Shown in pieces: positions 28,968-42,748 of a stretch of DNA of 64,000 nt. Positions within the stretch are counted from its first letter, which is position 1, and every line of letters begins with the position of its first letter. The notes below the pieces were generated by a model. The model did not search any database, was not told the DNA's origin, and was given only the letters and a program-made list of their open reading frames with translations. This stretch comes from Burkholderiales bacterium (GTDB taxonomy: Bacteria > Pseudomonadota > Gammaproteobacteria > Burkholderiales > Burkholderiaceae_C): the NCBI GenBank assembly GCA_027484405.1, contig JAIXTA010000139.1, positions 3,930-67,929 of the forward strand. Direction: 5' to 3'. The position numbers were made by a program, and so were the translations under genes.

Positions 28968-30281
28968 ATGTCGCTCACCGCTGCCCTGCACACATCCGAT
29001 CTGCCGGCCGGCAGCCTTGTCGGTCTCGCCACCGCGCTGGGCATCGGCCTGCTGATCGGCCTGGAGCGCGAGCGGCGCAAGGATCGCGCGCGCGCCGAGG
29101 GCAGTGGGGCGACGTTTGCCGGCATCCGGTCCTTTGCGATTGCCGCGCTCGCCGGCGCGGTGGCGCATCTGCTCGGCACGGGGCTGGCGGTGGCGGGTGC
29201 GCTGCTCGTGGGCGCGCTGGTGGTGGTGGCCTATGCCCGATCCACCGAATCCGACCCCGGCGTGACCACCGAGATTGCGCTCTTCGCCACCTACCTGCTG
29301 GGTCTGCTTGCCATGCCGCACCCGGCGCTGGCGGCCGGCCTGGGCGTGGCGGTGGCGCTGCTGCTGGCCTCGCGCGAGGTGCTGCACCGCTTCACCACGC
29401 GCACGCTGGTTGCCCACGAGGTCCGCGACGGCCTGCTGCTGGCCGCGGCCTGGCTGATCGTGCTGCCGCTCACGCCGGATGCGCCGATTGCCGCGCTGGG
29501 TGGCATCAACCCGCGCTCGCTGTGGCGGCTGGCGGTGCTGCTGATGCTGCTGCAGGCCGGCGGCTACATCGCGCTGCGTCTGATGGGCGCGCAGCGCGGT
29601 CTGGCGCTGGCCGGGCTGGCCTCGGGCTTTGTGTCCTCCACGGCGACCGTGGCCGCCATGGGCCGCAAGGCGCGCGAGGCCGCGGCGCTTGAGCCGGCCG
29701 CCCAACGCAAGGCCCTGCAGCGTGCCGCGCTGGCCGGCGCATTGGCCTCCTGTGTAGCCACACCCCTGCAGCTGCTGGCGCTGACGCTGGCCGTGGCGCC
29801 CGGGCTGATGACCCACTACCTGCCGGTGGCTGCCAGCACGGCGCTGGTGGCTGCGCTGCTGGCCCTTTGGGGCATGCGCGGGGCCGCGTCCGGGTCTGCG
29901 CAGGGTCCGGCCGCGCCCCCGGCGCAGGCCGAGGTCTTCAATGCCCGGCACGCGGTGCTGTTTGCACTCCTGCTGGCGGGTATCACGGTCGTGGTGGGCC
30001 TGGTCAGCCGCCACCTGGGGACCACGGCCACTGCACTGGCGAGCCTGCTGGCGGGCTTTGCCGATTTCCACGCCGCCGCAGGCGGGGTGATGTCCTTGCA
30101 GCAGCACGGCGCGCTGGACGCCGCACAAGCCGAGATTGCCGTGTGGCTGGCGTTCACGGCCAACGCCCTGGCCAAGGTGGGCCTGGCCTGGGCTGCGGGT
30201 CCACCGGCCTATGGTCGTGCCATGAGCGCAGCCATGGCGCTGACCCTGGCAGCGACCTGGGGGGCCGTCTGGTTGCTGTGA
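28968..30281 (+). CDS. MgtC/SapB-family membrane protein with DUF4010
   Basis: GLLIGLERE, AGIRSF, GVTTE, GFVSSTAT, ANALAK. Confidence 0.88.
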   Translation: MSLTAALHTSDLPAGSLVGLATALGIGLLIGLERERRKDRARAEGSGATFAGIRSFAIAALAGAVAHLLGTGLAVAGALLVGALVVVAYARSTESDPGVTTEIALFATYLLGLLAMPHPALAAGLGVAVALLLASREVLHRFTTRTLVAHEVRDGLLLAAAWLIVLPLTPDAPIAALGGINPRSLWRLAVLLMLLQAGGYIALRLMGAQRGLALAGLASGFVSSTATVAAMGRKAREAAALEPAAQRKALQRAALAGALASCVATPLQLLALTLAVAPGLMTHYLPVAASTALVAALLALWGMRGAASGSAQGPAAPPAQAEVFNARHAVLFALLLAGITVVVGLVSRHLGTTATALASLLAGFADFHAAAGGVMSLQQHGALDAAQAEIAVWLAFTANALAKVGLAWAAGPPAYGRAMSAAMALTLAATWGAVWLL

Positions 30282-30285
30282 ATCT

Positions 30286-30383
30286 GGCCGAAATCAAGCT
30301 TTTTCACAGCAACCATTTGGCATTTCCCGCTTGCCTGTAAATGATCTTGGTCGTGTTGACGACTATCGAAATGACGGCCGAAA
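30286..30383. repeat. AT-rich intergenic element bounded by GGCCGAAA direct repeats
   Basis: GGCCGAAA at 30286 and 30376; central CCCGCTTG; lies between convergent genes. Confidence 0.5.
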
Positions 30384-30391
30384 ACGATTGA

Positions 30392-32182
30392 TTAGCGGCC
30401 TGGCAGCTTGAAGCCCACGCGCAGCACGCGTCCGTTGCGCATCTCGCGCACGGTCAAGGTGATGTCGCCAAGCTTCAGCACATCGCCTTCCACGGCCCGC
30501 GGCACGCAGCTGCGGATCACGGCGTCCAGCGAGGCGCGCTCTTTCAATGCGCTGTCGGGCAGGGCGTCGGGCAGCGGCAGACCGTAGAGCGCCAGCACAT
30601 CCACCAGCGCCACGTCGCCATCCAGTACAAAGTCGCCAAACACCGCCTGCATGGTGGGCACCGCCGCGGCGGCGGCCACGGCGGGCGCGGGCGCCGCCGG
30701 ATCGAAGCAGTGGGCCGCAGCCTCCAGGGCTTCGTTGGCCACCAGCAGGACAATCGCATCGCCGACGCGCAGCGGGCCGGCTTCCTGCGCATCGATCCAG
30801 CGCAGCTCGCTGCCGCCAGCGAGCTGCGGCTCCACGCGCCGCACCGCGAGGGCCTGCACGCCGCGCGGCCAGTCGTAGTCCTGCGCGGTGGTGCCCACGG
30901 GGGGCATGCCTTCAGCCAGGCGGAACTCCATCATGTGGCTGGCCCGCCCCCAGCGCGCCTGGCGCGCGGGCTCGGGCAGCGGCGGCAGGCCCACCGCCGT
31001 GAGGCGGGCCGCCACGCGCACGCTGGCCCCCTGGACCAGCAGCGAGGCCAGCACCAGCACGAAGGCGATATTGAACAGGGTCCGCGCCTCGGGCACGCCC
31101 GCCATCAGCGGGAAGATGGCCAGCACGATGGGCACCGCACCGCGCAGCCCCATCCAGCTCATGAAGCCCACTTCGCGCAGCGGAAACCGGAAGGGCAGCA
31201 GGGTCAACCACACGCCCAGCGGACGAGCCACAAGCATCAACACGCCCGCCAGCGCCATGGCGGGCACCAGCAGCGGCCACACCTCGCGCGGCGTGACCAG
31301 CAGGCCAAGCATCAGGAACATGCCGCTCTGGGCCAGCCAGGCCAGCCCGTCGAGCGCGCGCATGGCGTCTTCGCTCATGCCGCCCTTCCAGTTGCCCACC
31401 ACCAGACCCGCCAGATACACCGCCAGGAAGCCGGACCCGCCCCAGAGGTTGGTCAGTGCAAACAGACTCACCCCGCCCGCGGTGGCCAGGATGGCCTGCA
31501 GGCCTTCGAAGTTGCCGCCGAGCTTGCGCATGCGCGCCAGCAGCCCGGCCAGCGCAAAGCCCAGCACCAGCCCCATGGCCGCCCCCAGGCCGAACTGCTT
31601 GACCAGGGCGGTCGCCAGGCTCCATCCCGTGAGGTCTGCCGGGCGCATGACCCATTCGATCAGCATGAGCGTGAGGAACACCGCCATCGGGTCATTCACG
31701 CCGCTTTCGATCTCCAGGGTGCTGGCCACGCGGTCGTTCAGCCGGACCCCGCTGCCCTTGAGCAGGGAGAACACGGCCGCCGCGTCCGTGGAGGCCACGA
31801 TGGCACCGAGCAGCAGGGCCACCGGCCAGCCGAAGCCGAACAGCAGCTTGGCCGCCGCCGCAACCAGACCTGCGGTGAGCGCCACGCCAAGGGTGGCCAG
31901 TGCCAGCGAGGGCGCCAGGGCCACGCGAAAGGTGCGGTACTGCGTCCGCAGCCCGCCGTCGAACAGGATGACGCCCAGCGCCAGGTTGCCCACCAGCAGG
32001 GCCACGCCGAAGTCATTGAACGCAATCCCGCCCGGGCCGTCCTCGCCCGCAAGCATGCCCACCACCAGAAAGACCAGCAGGAAGGGCACGCCAAAGCGCG
32101 AGGACAGTCCACCCAGCACGATGCCGGCGGCCAGCAGCAGCGCGCCAATCAGCAGGATGAGATTCGGATCGATGGAGCCCAT
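30392..32182 (-). CDS. cvrA: K+/H+ antiporter NhaP2/CvrA
   Basis: GMLAGEDGPGG, STDAAAVF, IESGVNDPMA, WMGLRGAVPI; C-terminal cytoplasmic domains. Confidence 0.92.
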   Translation of the reverse strand: MGSIDPNLILLIGALLLAAGIVLGGLSSRFGVPFLLVFLVVGMLAGEDGPGGIAFNDFGVALLVGNLALGVILFDGGLRTQYRTFRVALAPSLALATLGVALTAGLVAAAAKLLFGFGWPVALLLGAIVASTDAAAVFSLLKGSGVRLNDRVASTLEIESGVNDPMAVFLTLMLIEWVMRPADLTGWSLATALVKQFGLGAAMGLVLGFALAGLLARMRKLGGNFEGLQAILATAGGVSLFALTNLWGGSGFLAVYLAGLVVGNWKGGMSEDAMRALDGLAWLAQSGMFLMLGLLVTPREVWPLLVPAMALAGVLMLVARPLGVWLTLLPFRFPLREVGFMSWMGLRGAVPIVLAIFPLMAGVPEARTLFNIAFVLVLASLLVQGASVRVAARLTAVGLPPLPEPARQARWGRASHMMEFRLAEGMPPVGTTAQDYDWPRGVQALAVRRVEPQLAGGSELRWIDAQEAGPLRVGDAIVLLVANEALEAAAHCFDPAAPAPAVAAAAAVPTMQAVFGDFVLDGDVALVDVLALYGLPLPDALPDSALKERASLDAVIRSCVPRAVEGDVLKLGDITLTVREMRNGRVLRVGFKLPGR

Positions 32183-32287
32183 GGGCCGAATCCTCGCATG
32201 AAGCGCGCCAGAGGCACCGCTGCTGCGGGGCACCATGGGGTTTCACCGGGGGCATGAGGCATAGCGAGCGCAGGTCAACTTGCTATT

Positions 32288-32303
32288 TCGGACGATCGTG
32301 CTA
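32288..32303. promoter_or_regulatory. Putative TetR (FadP-like) operator overlapping the TetR promoter
   Basis: TCGGACG-AT-CGTGCTA, an imperfect 7-2-7 palindrome overlapping -10-like TAAATT. Confidence 0.55.
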
Positions 32304-32313
32304 AATTGAAGCC

Positions 32314-32934
32314 ATGGAAGCACGCACCGAAAAGTCCGAGCTCACCCGCGCCGCGATCGTCGATGCGGCGCTCGAGCTGGCCGCGGACAACGGCCTGGAT
32401 GCGCTGTCGATCAACGACGTGGCGCAGAGGCTGGGCATGTCCAAGAGCGGTGTGTTCTCCCGCGTCGGCTCGCGTGAAGCCCTGCAGCTGGCCGTGCTCC
32501 AGGAATATGCCGACCGCATCACGCGCGAGGTCTTCGTGCCCGGAATGCGCGAGCCGCGCGGCCTGCCCCGCCTCGATGCCTTCCTGCGCAACTGGCAGTC
32601 CTTCATCCAGCGCTCGGCGCAGGGCTGCGGCTGCCTGTTCGTGTCCGGCGCCTTCGAGTTCGATGACCGGCCCGACAGCCCGCTCAAGGAGGCCATCCGC
32701 GAAGGCACGCTGCGCCTGCGCGCCGCGCTGCGTCGCACCATCATCCAGGCGGCCGACGAAGGCCAGCTGCAGGCCGGCACCGACCCCGAGCAGCTGGTCT
32801 TCGAGATCCACAGCCTGATGATCGGCGTGATGCACGACCTGCGCTTCCTGCGCGAGCCACGGGCCGCCACGCGCATTGCCACCGCCTATCACCGGCTGAT
32901 CGACAGCTATCGCCGCACTGGCACCGCGCACTGA
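32314..32934 (+). CDS. TetR-family regulator, FadP-like
   Basis: TRAAIVDAA...MSKSGVFSRVGSREALQ...EPRGLPRL...GCLF. Confidence 0.9.
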   Translation: MEARTEKSELTRAAIVDAALELAADNGLDALSINDVAQRLGMSKSGVFSRVGSREALQLAVLQEYADRITREVFVPGMREPRGLPRLDAFLRNWQSFIQRSAQGCGCLFVSGAFEFDDRPDSPLKEAIREGTLRLRAALRRTIIQAADEGQLQAGTDPEQLVFEIHSLMIGVMHDLRFLREPRAATRIATAYHRLIDSYRRTGTAH

Positions 32935-33024
32935 CGTGGTGCACTGACCCCGCCCCAATCGCCTTCCAAAGCCGACATCCCATCCAGCAGCGCCAGACTG
33001 CCTCTTCCCTCCCCGAAACCCATA

Positions 33025-33040
33025 TCGCACACATGTGCGA
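33025..33040. promoter_or_regulatory. Second putative TetR operator
   Basis: TCGCACA-CA-TGTGCGA with perfect 7-2-7 arms, just upstream of SD AAGGAG. Confidence 0.55.
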
Positions 33041-33057
33041 AAAAGGAGCTCAAAGCC

Positions 33058-33171
33058 ATGTACACCTTCCTCGCCATCCTCTTCGCCCTTGCCGGCGGCC
33101 GCATCCTCACCCAGGCAGCGAGCATGTTTGTGCAAGTGCCGAGCCGCAACGACGACCTCGCCTGGTGGTGA
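33058..33171 (+). CDS. 37-aa small membrane-anchored protein, absent from the ORF track
   Basis: SD AAGGAG at 33043-33048; MYTFLAILFALAGGRILTQAASMFVQVPSRNDDLAWW; GC3-rich codons; stop 4 nt before the hydrolase ATG. Confidence 0.7.
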   Translation: MYTFLAILFALAGGRILTQAASMFVQVPSRNDDLAWW

Positions 33172-33175
33172 GGCC

Positions 33176-34072
33176 ATGAGCAGCTCGCAGGGACTGCCGC
33201 TGGCACTGCGCCTGTCGGTGCACGGCATTCGCGGCCTGGGTCGCATCGATCATGAACTGGCCGGCCGCTGGGCCATGCGCCTGTTCTGCACCCCGCTGCC
33301 CCCGAAGTGGGCCGTGAATGCCAAGCTGGCCCGGTGGCCCTGGCCTGAAACGGTCGAGCGCGAGTCCCTGCCCTTCCAGGGTGAGACTCTGCGCGTCTAC
33401 CGGCTGGTCCCGGCCGACGACACCCCGCGCCGGGGTCGTGTGCTGCTGACCCACGGCTGGGCAGGCGCCGCGCGGCAGTTCGTCCCCATGGCTCGCGCGC
33501 TGAGCCTGGCCGGCTTCGAGGTCCATGCGCTGGACCATGTGGCGCACGGTCGGTCCAGCGGCTTGTCCACCCATCTGCCGCAGTTCATGCAGGCGCTGGA
33601 GTACGTCGGTCAGCTGCGCGGGCCGTTTGACCTGGTGGTCGGCCATTCGATGGGGGCCGGCGCCATGGCCATGGCACTCGCACGCGGCCTGCAGGCGCGG
33701 CTCTTCGTCTCGATCGCTTCGCCCACCAGCCTGCAGACCGTGCTGCACGAGTTCGCGCGCGGGGTCCGTTTGCCGGAGACCCTGGTGAGTCCGATGCAGT
33801 CCGCCCTCGAGGCGCGGACCGGCATGCGTCTCGCGAGCCTGGAGGCGGCGCAGAATGCCCCTCACCTGGCCCTGCCCGTGCTGCTGGTGCATGACCGCCA
33901 GGACCGCACGGTGCGCTACGCCAACGTCGAGCGCCTTCAGGCGCTGCTACCGCACGCCCGGCTCATGAGTACGGATGGCCACGGACACAACCGCATCCTG
34001 GCGGCCGACGAGGTGATTGCCGAGGTACTGGCCTTCGCCCTCGCACCGCCACCCGCAGAAAGCGCCGGATAG
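33176..34072 (+). CDS. Alpha/beta-fold hydrolase
   Basis: THGWAG, HGRSSG, GHSMG nucleophile elbow, HDRQD, GHGHNRIL. Confidence 0.88.
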   Translation: MSSSQGLPLALRLSVHGIRGLGRIDHELAGRWAMRLFCTPLPPKWAVNAKLARWPWPETVERESLPFQGETLRVYRLVPADDTPRRGRVLLTHGWAGAARQFVPMARALSLAGFEVHALDHVAHGRSSGLSTHLPQFMQALEYVGQLRGPFDLVVGHSMGAGAMAMALARGLQARLFVSIASPTSLQTVLHEFARGVRLPETLVSPMQSALEARTGMRLASLEAAQNAPHLALPVLLVHDRQDRTVRYANVERLQALLPHARLMSTDGHGHNRILAADEVIAEVLAFALAPPPAESAG

Positions 34073-34118
34073 CCCCCCTTGGTGCAAGCACACAGCATGC
34101 CCCAGGGGGCGATGGGTC

Positions 34119-36578
<2,460 letters not shown>

Positions 36579-36799
36579 GCTGCTACCCCTGTGCGCAGCC
36601 AGGGTGTGGCCCCTGTGCGGCATAGGTCGAGTGTATGGGTCATGCGCCGGCACGCACAGCCGGAGATGCGCCGCATTGCCGGGGTTTCATCGAGTTTTCT
36701 CCTGCCTTGCGGCGTCTCGGAGGCGATGTCCCGGGCGGGTGGGGATTGTTTCGTGTCCGGACGATCAGCCGGGGGCAGGCAGCCCGTGCGCGGCCCGGC

Positions 36800-38215
36800 T
36801 CAGGCAAACGGACCGGTGATGGCCACCGTGTAACCCGGCCGATAGACATTGGCGAACAGGGTCTTGCCATCCGGGCTGAAGCAGGCCCCCGCCCATTCGG
36901 CGCCCTTGAAGTCGCCGATGAAGCCCATCTCGCCCGCCAGTTCGGTGTTGTTGCGCGCCAGTTCGAACAGCTCACCCTGCCGCGTGAGGCCGTACAGGCG
37001 CTGCACCGGCGCGCCGGAGTCCTCGCAGATCACGAGGCTGCCGCTCGGACTCAGGCAGATGTTGTCCGGGTAGTCGAGCACGCGGGCGCCCGGGCTTTCA
37101 TAGAACAGCTCCAGCCGCTGCTGCGAGGGCAGGAATCGGAACACCTGCCCGGCCTTGGCATCACCACCGTCGGTGGATGTGAAGAAGATCTCGTCCGGCC
37201 CGACGAACACCCCCTCCAGCCGCGTGAAGACGCTTGCGCCCTGGGCGCGGGCCTGGCGCAGCACACCCTGGGTGCCGCCCGAGCTCGAACCCTCCGCAGC
37301 AGGCTCCCAGCCGGCTTCCGGCCGCTCGATGTCCACCCAATCGACGTCGAATCGCTGGCCGGGCTTCAGGCCGGTGCGCAAGTCGGGCTGCGTCTTCACG
37401 CGCAGGGCCTGCAGGCGGCCGCCTGCCGCCAGCCGACCGCGTTGATTCGGAATGAAGCGGTAGAACCCGGCAGGGCGGTTGTCTTCCGTGAGGTAGACGG
37501 TGCCATCGCTCGGGTCCACCACTGCGGCCTCGTGGATGAACTGGCCCATGGCCGTCAGCGGCTTGGCGTCCGACACGCCCTCGGCCGGCACCTCGAACAC
37601 AAAGCCGTGCGCGCGCTCCAGCCGGAACAGGCGGCCTCGCCGCAGGCCGCTGTGCCCGGCCGGCGACACGGTTTCCTCGCAGCTCAGCCAGCTGTTCCAG
37701 GGCGTGATGCCGCCGGCGCAATTGACCAGCGTGCCCGACAGCGAGCCGCGCGCCTCCAGCAACTTGCCCGCGCGCCGGTCATAGCGCAGCGTGACCGTGC
37801 CGCCGCCACAGGGCGCGTCATAGTGGCTGGCTGCGGGGCCGAAGCTGCCGTCCTGGCCAAAGATCTCGTGGTTGCGCACCAGCGTGAAGACCTCGCCTTC
37901 CACCTTCACGATGCCCATGCCGTCGGCCGCGCCGGGCATCGGCTCGCCCGTCCCCGCGAGCTTTTCGCCGGCCCAGGCAAAGCTGCGGTAGCTGAAGCCC
38001 TCGGGCAGCATCAGCAGTGGCAGCCCGGTGGTCTCGTCCTTCACCGGAAAGAGCGGGCCGTAGCCGCCGGCGCCCAGGCGCTGCTGGCCCGCCCGCTTGG
38101 GGGTGGCCGCCAATGCAAAGGCCGCGGCCAGGGGGCTGGCCGCCAGCGCGGCGCCCCCGTGGAGCAGCCGGCGGCGGGCGGGGGAGAGGGCGGGGGAGAG
38201 GGCGGGGTCAGTCAT
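36800..38215 (-). CDS. Tat-exported PhoX/DUF839-family phosphatase
   Basis: SPARRRLL twin-arginine signal, DGMG, LVRNHE, NCAGG.TPW.SWLSCEE, HEAA, YLTED, LEG, PDNI, EWAG..FSPDG.TLFAN. Confidence 0.88.
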   Translation of the reverse strand: MTDPALSPALSPARRRLLHGGAALAASPLAAAFALAATPKRAGQQRLGAGGYGPLFPVKDETTGLPLLMLPEGFSYRSFAWAGEKLAGTGEPMPGAADGMGIVKVEGEVFTLVRNHEIFGQDGSFGPAASHYDAPCGGGTVTLRYDRRAGKLLEARGSLSGTLVNCAGGITPWNSWLSCEETVSPAGHSGLRRGRLFRLERAHGFVFEVPAEGVSDAKPLTAMGQFIHEAAVVDPSDGTVYLTEDNRPAGFYRFIPNQRGRLAAGGRLQALRVKTQPDLRTGLKPGQRFDVDWVDIERPEAGWEPAAEGSSSGGTQGVLRQARAQGASVFTRLEGVFVGPDEIFFTSTDGGDAKAGQVFRFLPSQQRLELFYESPGARVLDYPDNICLSPSGSLVICEDSGAPVQRLYGLTRQGELFELARNNTELAGEMGFIGDFKGAEWAGACFSPDGKTLFANVYRPGYTVAITGPFA

Positions 38216-38334
38216 GGGCAGCGAGTTGGGGTGCAAGGCAGTGATCGATGCGGCGCAAGGCGGATCGGGCAGCGCGCAGCATGCCCGCGCGCCCACCGAG
38301 CGGCAAGCCAAAGACGCGCCGCACGACCAAAACT

Positions 38335-38432
38335 GGCCGATATTGATCTTTATTTGACGGCAACAATCCGGCTTTCCGCTTGATGGACGGACTTCTTTGG
38401 AGTTCTTGTTGCTCAACAATTTGTGTCCGAAT
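38335..38432. repeat. AT-rich intergenic element, homologous to the 63121-63215 copy
   Basis: GGCCGA (38335) and GTCCGA (38425); TTGATCTTTATT (38343-38354); GGCTTTCCGCTTG core. Confidence 0.55.
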
Positions 38433-38539
38433 TTGCCACCCGCCTCGCACACCCGCCGCAGGCGCGCAGCCGCTACGCTGCCTGCACGGCCGGGCCCTGG
38501 AGCCCGCGCCGCACCCGCCATCTGCCGATCGGAGCTGCC

Positions 38540-39969
<1,430 letters not shown>

Positions 39970-40039
39970 GGCGCCGGACGCAGGCCGGTTCGTACAATCG
40001 GCATCAAGCGAATCTCTGCGCGCGACGCAGCTCCAAAGA

Positions 40040-41800
40040 ATGCTCCCCCACCAATCCCAAGCCCTTCTCGACGCCATCACCCGCACCCTGGCCCCGCAGG
40101 CCGGCGATGTGCCGCTGCCGGCCATCACGCTCGAACAGCCCAAGGACCCCTCGCATGGCGACGTGGCCTGCACGGCGGCGCTGGCCTGCGCCAAGGCCTT
40201 GAAGAAGAACCCGCGCGAGGTGGCGCAGACGGTGGTGGATGGCCTGAAGGCCGACCCCGCCGTGGCCGGGCTCATTGCGAGCATGGACATTGCCGGGCCG
40301 GGCTTCATCAACTTCCGCATTGCGCCGGCCGCCCGCCAGGCGGTGGTGCGCGAAGTGCTGGATGCTGACCACAAAGGCGCGAACTTCGGCGCTGGCCAGA
40401 TGCATGCCGGCAAGCACGTGATGGTGGAGTTCGTCAGTGCCAACCCCACCGGCCCGCTGCACGTGGGCCACACCCGCCAGGCCGCGATTGGCGACGTGCT
40501 ATGCAACCTGCTCGCCAACCAGGGTGCGCAGGTCACGCGCGAGTTCTATTACAACGACGCCGGTAACCAGATCGCCAACCTGGCGCTCAGCGTGCAGGCG
40601 CGCCTGAAGGGGCTGACGCCGGAGTCGCCCGGCTGGCCGGCCGATGGCTACGCTGGCGGCTACATCATCGACATCGCCAATGACTTCAGCGCCAAAAAGA
40701 CGGTGAGTGCGAGCGACGGCGAGGCCGTCACAGCCTCGGGCGACATCGAGGACCTCGAAGGCATCCGCCGATTTGCCGTGACCTACCTGCGGCGCGAGCA
40801 GGACGGTGACCTGCGGGCCTTCGGCTTGAAGTTCGATGTGTTCTATCTGGAAAGCTCGCTGTACAGCGACGGCCGGGTGGAAGAGACGGTGGCGAAGCTC
40901 AAGGCCGCCGGCATGACCTACGAGCAGGATGGCGCCCTGTTCCTGCGCACCACGGCCATCGACGCCGGTGAACGCCAGGACGACAAGGACCGCGTGATGA
41001 AGAAGCGCGAAGGCGGCTACACCTACTTCGTGCCGGACGTGGCCTACCACTGGCGCAAGTGGGAGCGCGGCTTTGCCAAGGTCATCAATGTGCAGGGCAC
41101 GGACCACTTCGGCACCATCCCGCGGGTGCGCGCCGGCCTGCAAGGGCTGGATGTGGGCATCCCGAAGAACTACCCGGACTACGTGCTGCACAGCATGGTC
41201 AAGGTGATGCGCGGCGGCGAGGAAGTGAAGGTGAGTAAGCGCAAGGGCGGCTACGTGACCATGAGCGACCTGATCGAATGGGTCGGCCGCGATGCGGTGC
41301 GCTACTTCATGGTCAGCCGCAAGGCCGACAGCGAATTCGTCTTCGACCTCGACCTGGCCCTGGCCAAGAGCGACGAGAACCCGGTCTATTACATCCAGTA
41401 CGCGCATGCGCGCATCTGCTCGGTGGCCGCCAAGGTGCAGGCCGAAAAGGGCCTGACCGAAGCCGACGTGCTGCACACCGACCTGAGCCCGCTCACGGCG
41501 CCCAAGGAACTGCAGCTCATGGCCAAGCTGGCCGAGTTCGGCCCCATGCTGGAAGCGGCTGCGGCCAACCATGCGCCGCATACCCTGGCGCACTGGCTCA
41601 AGGACTGCGCTGCCGCATTTCACGGTGCCTACAATGCCGAGCGGGTGCTGGTGGACGACGAGCCCACCATGCGCGCCCGGCTGGCCCTGTACGCCGCCAC
41701 GCGCCGCGTGCTGGCCCGCGGTCTGGCCATCCTGGGCATGAGCGCCCCGGACCGCATGGACCGTGAAGAGACCGAACCCGCCGCGGCCACCGCGGTCTGA
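40040..41800 (+). CDS. argS: Arginine--tRNA ligase
   Basis: [48 protein letters not shown]. Confidence 0.97.
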   Translation: MLPHQSQALLDAITRTLAPQAGDVPLPAITLEQPKDPSHGDVACTAALACAKALKKNPREVAQTVVDGLKADPAVAGLIASMDIAGPGFINFRIAPAARQAVVREVLDADHKGANFGAGQMHAGKHVMVEFVSANPTGPLHVGHTRQAAIGDVLCNLLANQGAQVTREFYYNDAGNQIANLALSVQARLKGLTPESPGWPADGYAGGYIIDIANDFSAKKTVSASDGEAVTASGDIEDLEGIRRFAVTYLRREQDGDLRAFGLKFDVFYLESSLYSDGRVEETVAKLKAAGMTYEQDGALFLRTTAIDAGERQDDKDRVMKKREGGYTYFVPDVAYHWRKWERGFAKVINVQGTDHFGTIPRVRAGLQGLDVGIPKNYPDYVLHSMVKVMRGGEEVKVSKRKGGYVTMSDLIEWVGRDAVRYFMVSRKADSEFVFDLDLALAKSDENPVYYIQYAHARICSVAAKVQAEKGLTEADVLHTDLSPLTAPKELQLMAKLAEFGPMLEAAAANHAPHTLAHWLKDCAAAFHGAYNAERVLVDDEPTMRARLALYAATRRVLARGLAILGMSAPDRMDREETEPAAATAV

Positions 41801-41816
41801 TCCACCCCGGGATCCA

Positions 41817-42575
41817 ATGAACACACCGCACACACATTCCACCGAGCCGCGCTGCGCCGCCTGCCTGCGCATCCGCCATGCACTGGGCCTGAAGACGAGT
41901 CTGCGCCGCCAGCAGGGTGGCACCTTGCTGGGCATCATCATCGGCCTGGTGATTGGCCTGGCGATTGCGCTGGCGGTCTCTCTGTACATGCGCAGCGGCG
42001 ATTTGTCCTTCCTCAAGCGCGATGCGCACGACAAGCCCAGCCGTGTGGAAGTGCCCAAGGACGCCGCCAAGATTCCGGACCCGAACGAGGCCCTGTACGG
42101 CAAGGGCAGCCGCGAACAGAAGCCGGCTGCGGCCGATGTGGTGCCCGGCAAGCCCGGCGAACCCGCGGGCACGCAGAGTGGCGCCGCGCGCGGCCTGGGC
42201 ATCGATGCCGGCAAGGCACCCACCGATGCCGCCTCCGCCGCCAGCAAGACGGCCGACCCGATCGGCAAGCTGGCCGAAGCCGTGGCCAAGACCCCGCCGC
42301 CGCCCGCACCCAAGGCCAGCGACGTGCCGGTGGACGATGACGGCAGCCGCTACCTGATCCAGGTGGGTGCGTTCAAGAGCCCCGAAGAGGCCGAGTCCAT
42401 GCGCGCCAAGGTGGCGATGATGGGCTTCGAGGCCCGCGTCAGCCAGCGCGAGACCGACACCGGCACCATGCACCGCGTGCGCATCGGCCCGCTCACCAGC
42501 CTGGAGGCCAGCAACCAGGCGCGCCGCAAGCTGACTGACGCCGGCATGGAAGCCTCCATCATCAAGATCAAGTAA
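41817..42575 (+). CDS. SPOR-domain cell-division protein (FtsN-like)
   Basis: QQGGTLLGIIIG TM helix, P/A/K linker, YLIQVGAF...HRVRIGP SPOR domain; argS-SPOR-dsbA-SDR order. Confidence 0.88.
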   Translation: MNTPHTHSTEPRCAACLRIRHALGLKTSLRRQQGGTLLGIIIGLVIGLAIALAVSLYMRSGDLSFLKRDAHDKPSRVEVPKDAAKIPDPNEALYGKGSREQKPAAADVVPGKPGEPAGTQSGAARGLGIDAGKAPTDAASAASKTADPIGKLAEAVAKTPPPPAPKASDVPVDDDGSRYLIQVGAFKSPEEAESMRAKVAMMGFEARVSQRETDTGTMHRVRIGPLTSLEASNQARRKLTDAGMEASIIKIK

Positions 42576-42748
42576 GCCGTGCGCTGCGCAGGGTTCTGTT
42601 GCAATTCAGCGGCCCGGCTGGGCCGACGAGCGGTGAAACCGCGTGCACCCGGCCCGAGTCAGAACCGTTGAGATGCACAGAGCGCACTGCAGCGCCCATC
42701 CCGCCCATCGAACTCTTCGCACCCTTCTCCGACACAAAGGTTGATGCC

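Noticed and set aside
38341-38360. Fur or FNR box at TTGATCTTTATT (also 63129-63140)
   Set aside because: Only about 12/19 match to the Fur box and a poor second FNR half-site. It is better explained as part of the repeated element.
38380-38539. ORF-track start for fumC at 38380
   Set aside because: It lies inside a repeat-like element, has no SD and adds about 55 non-FumC residues. It is only in frame because it bypasses the C20 problem.
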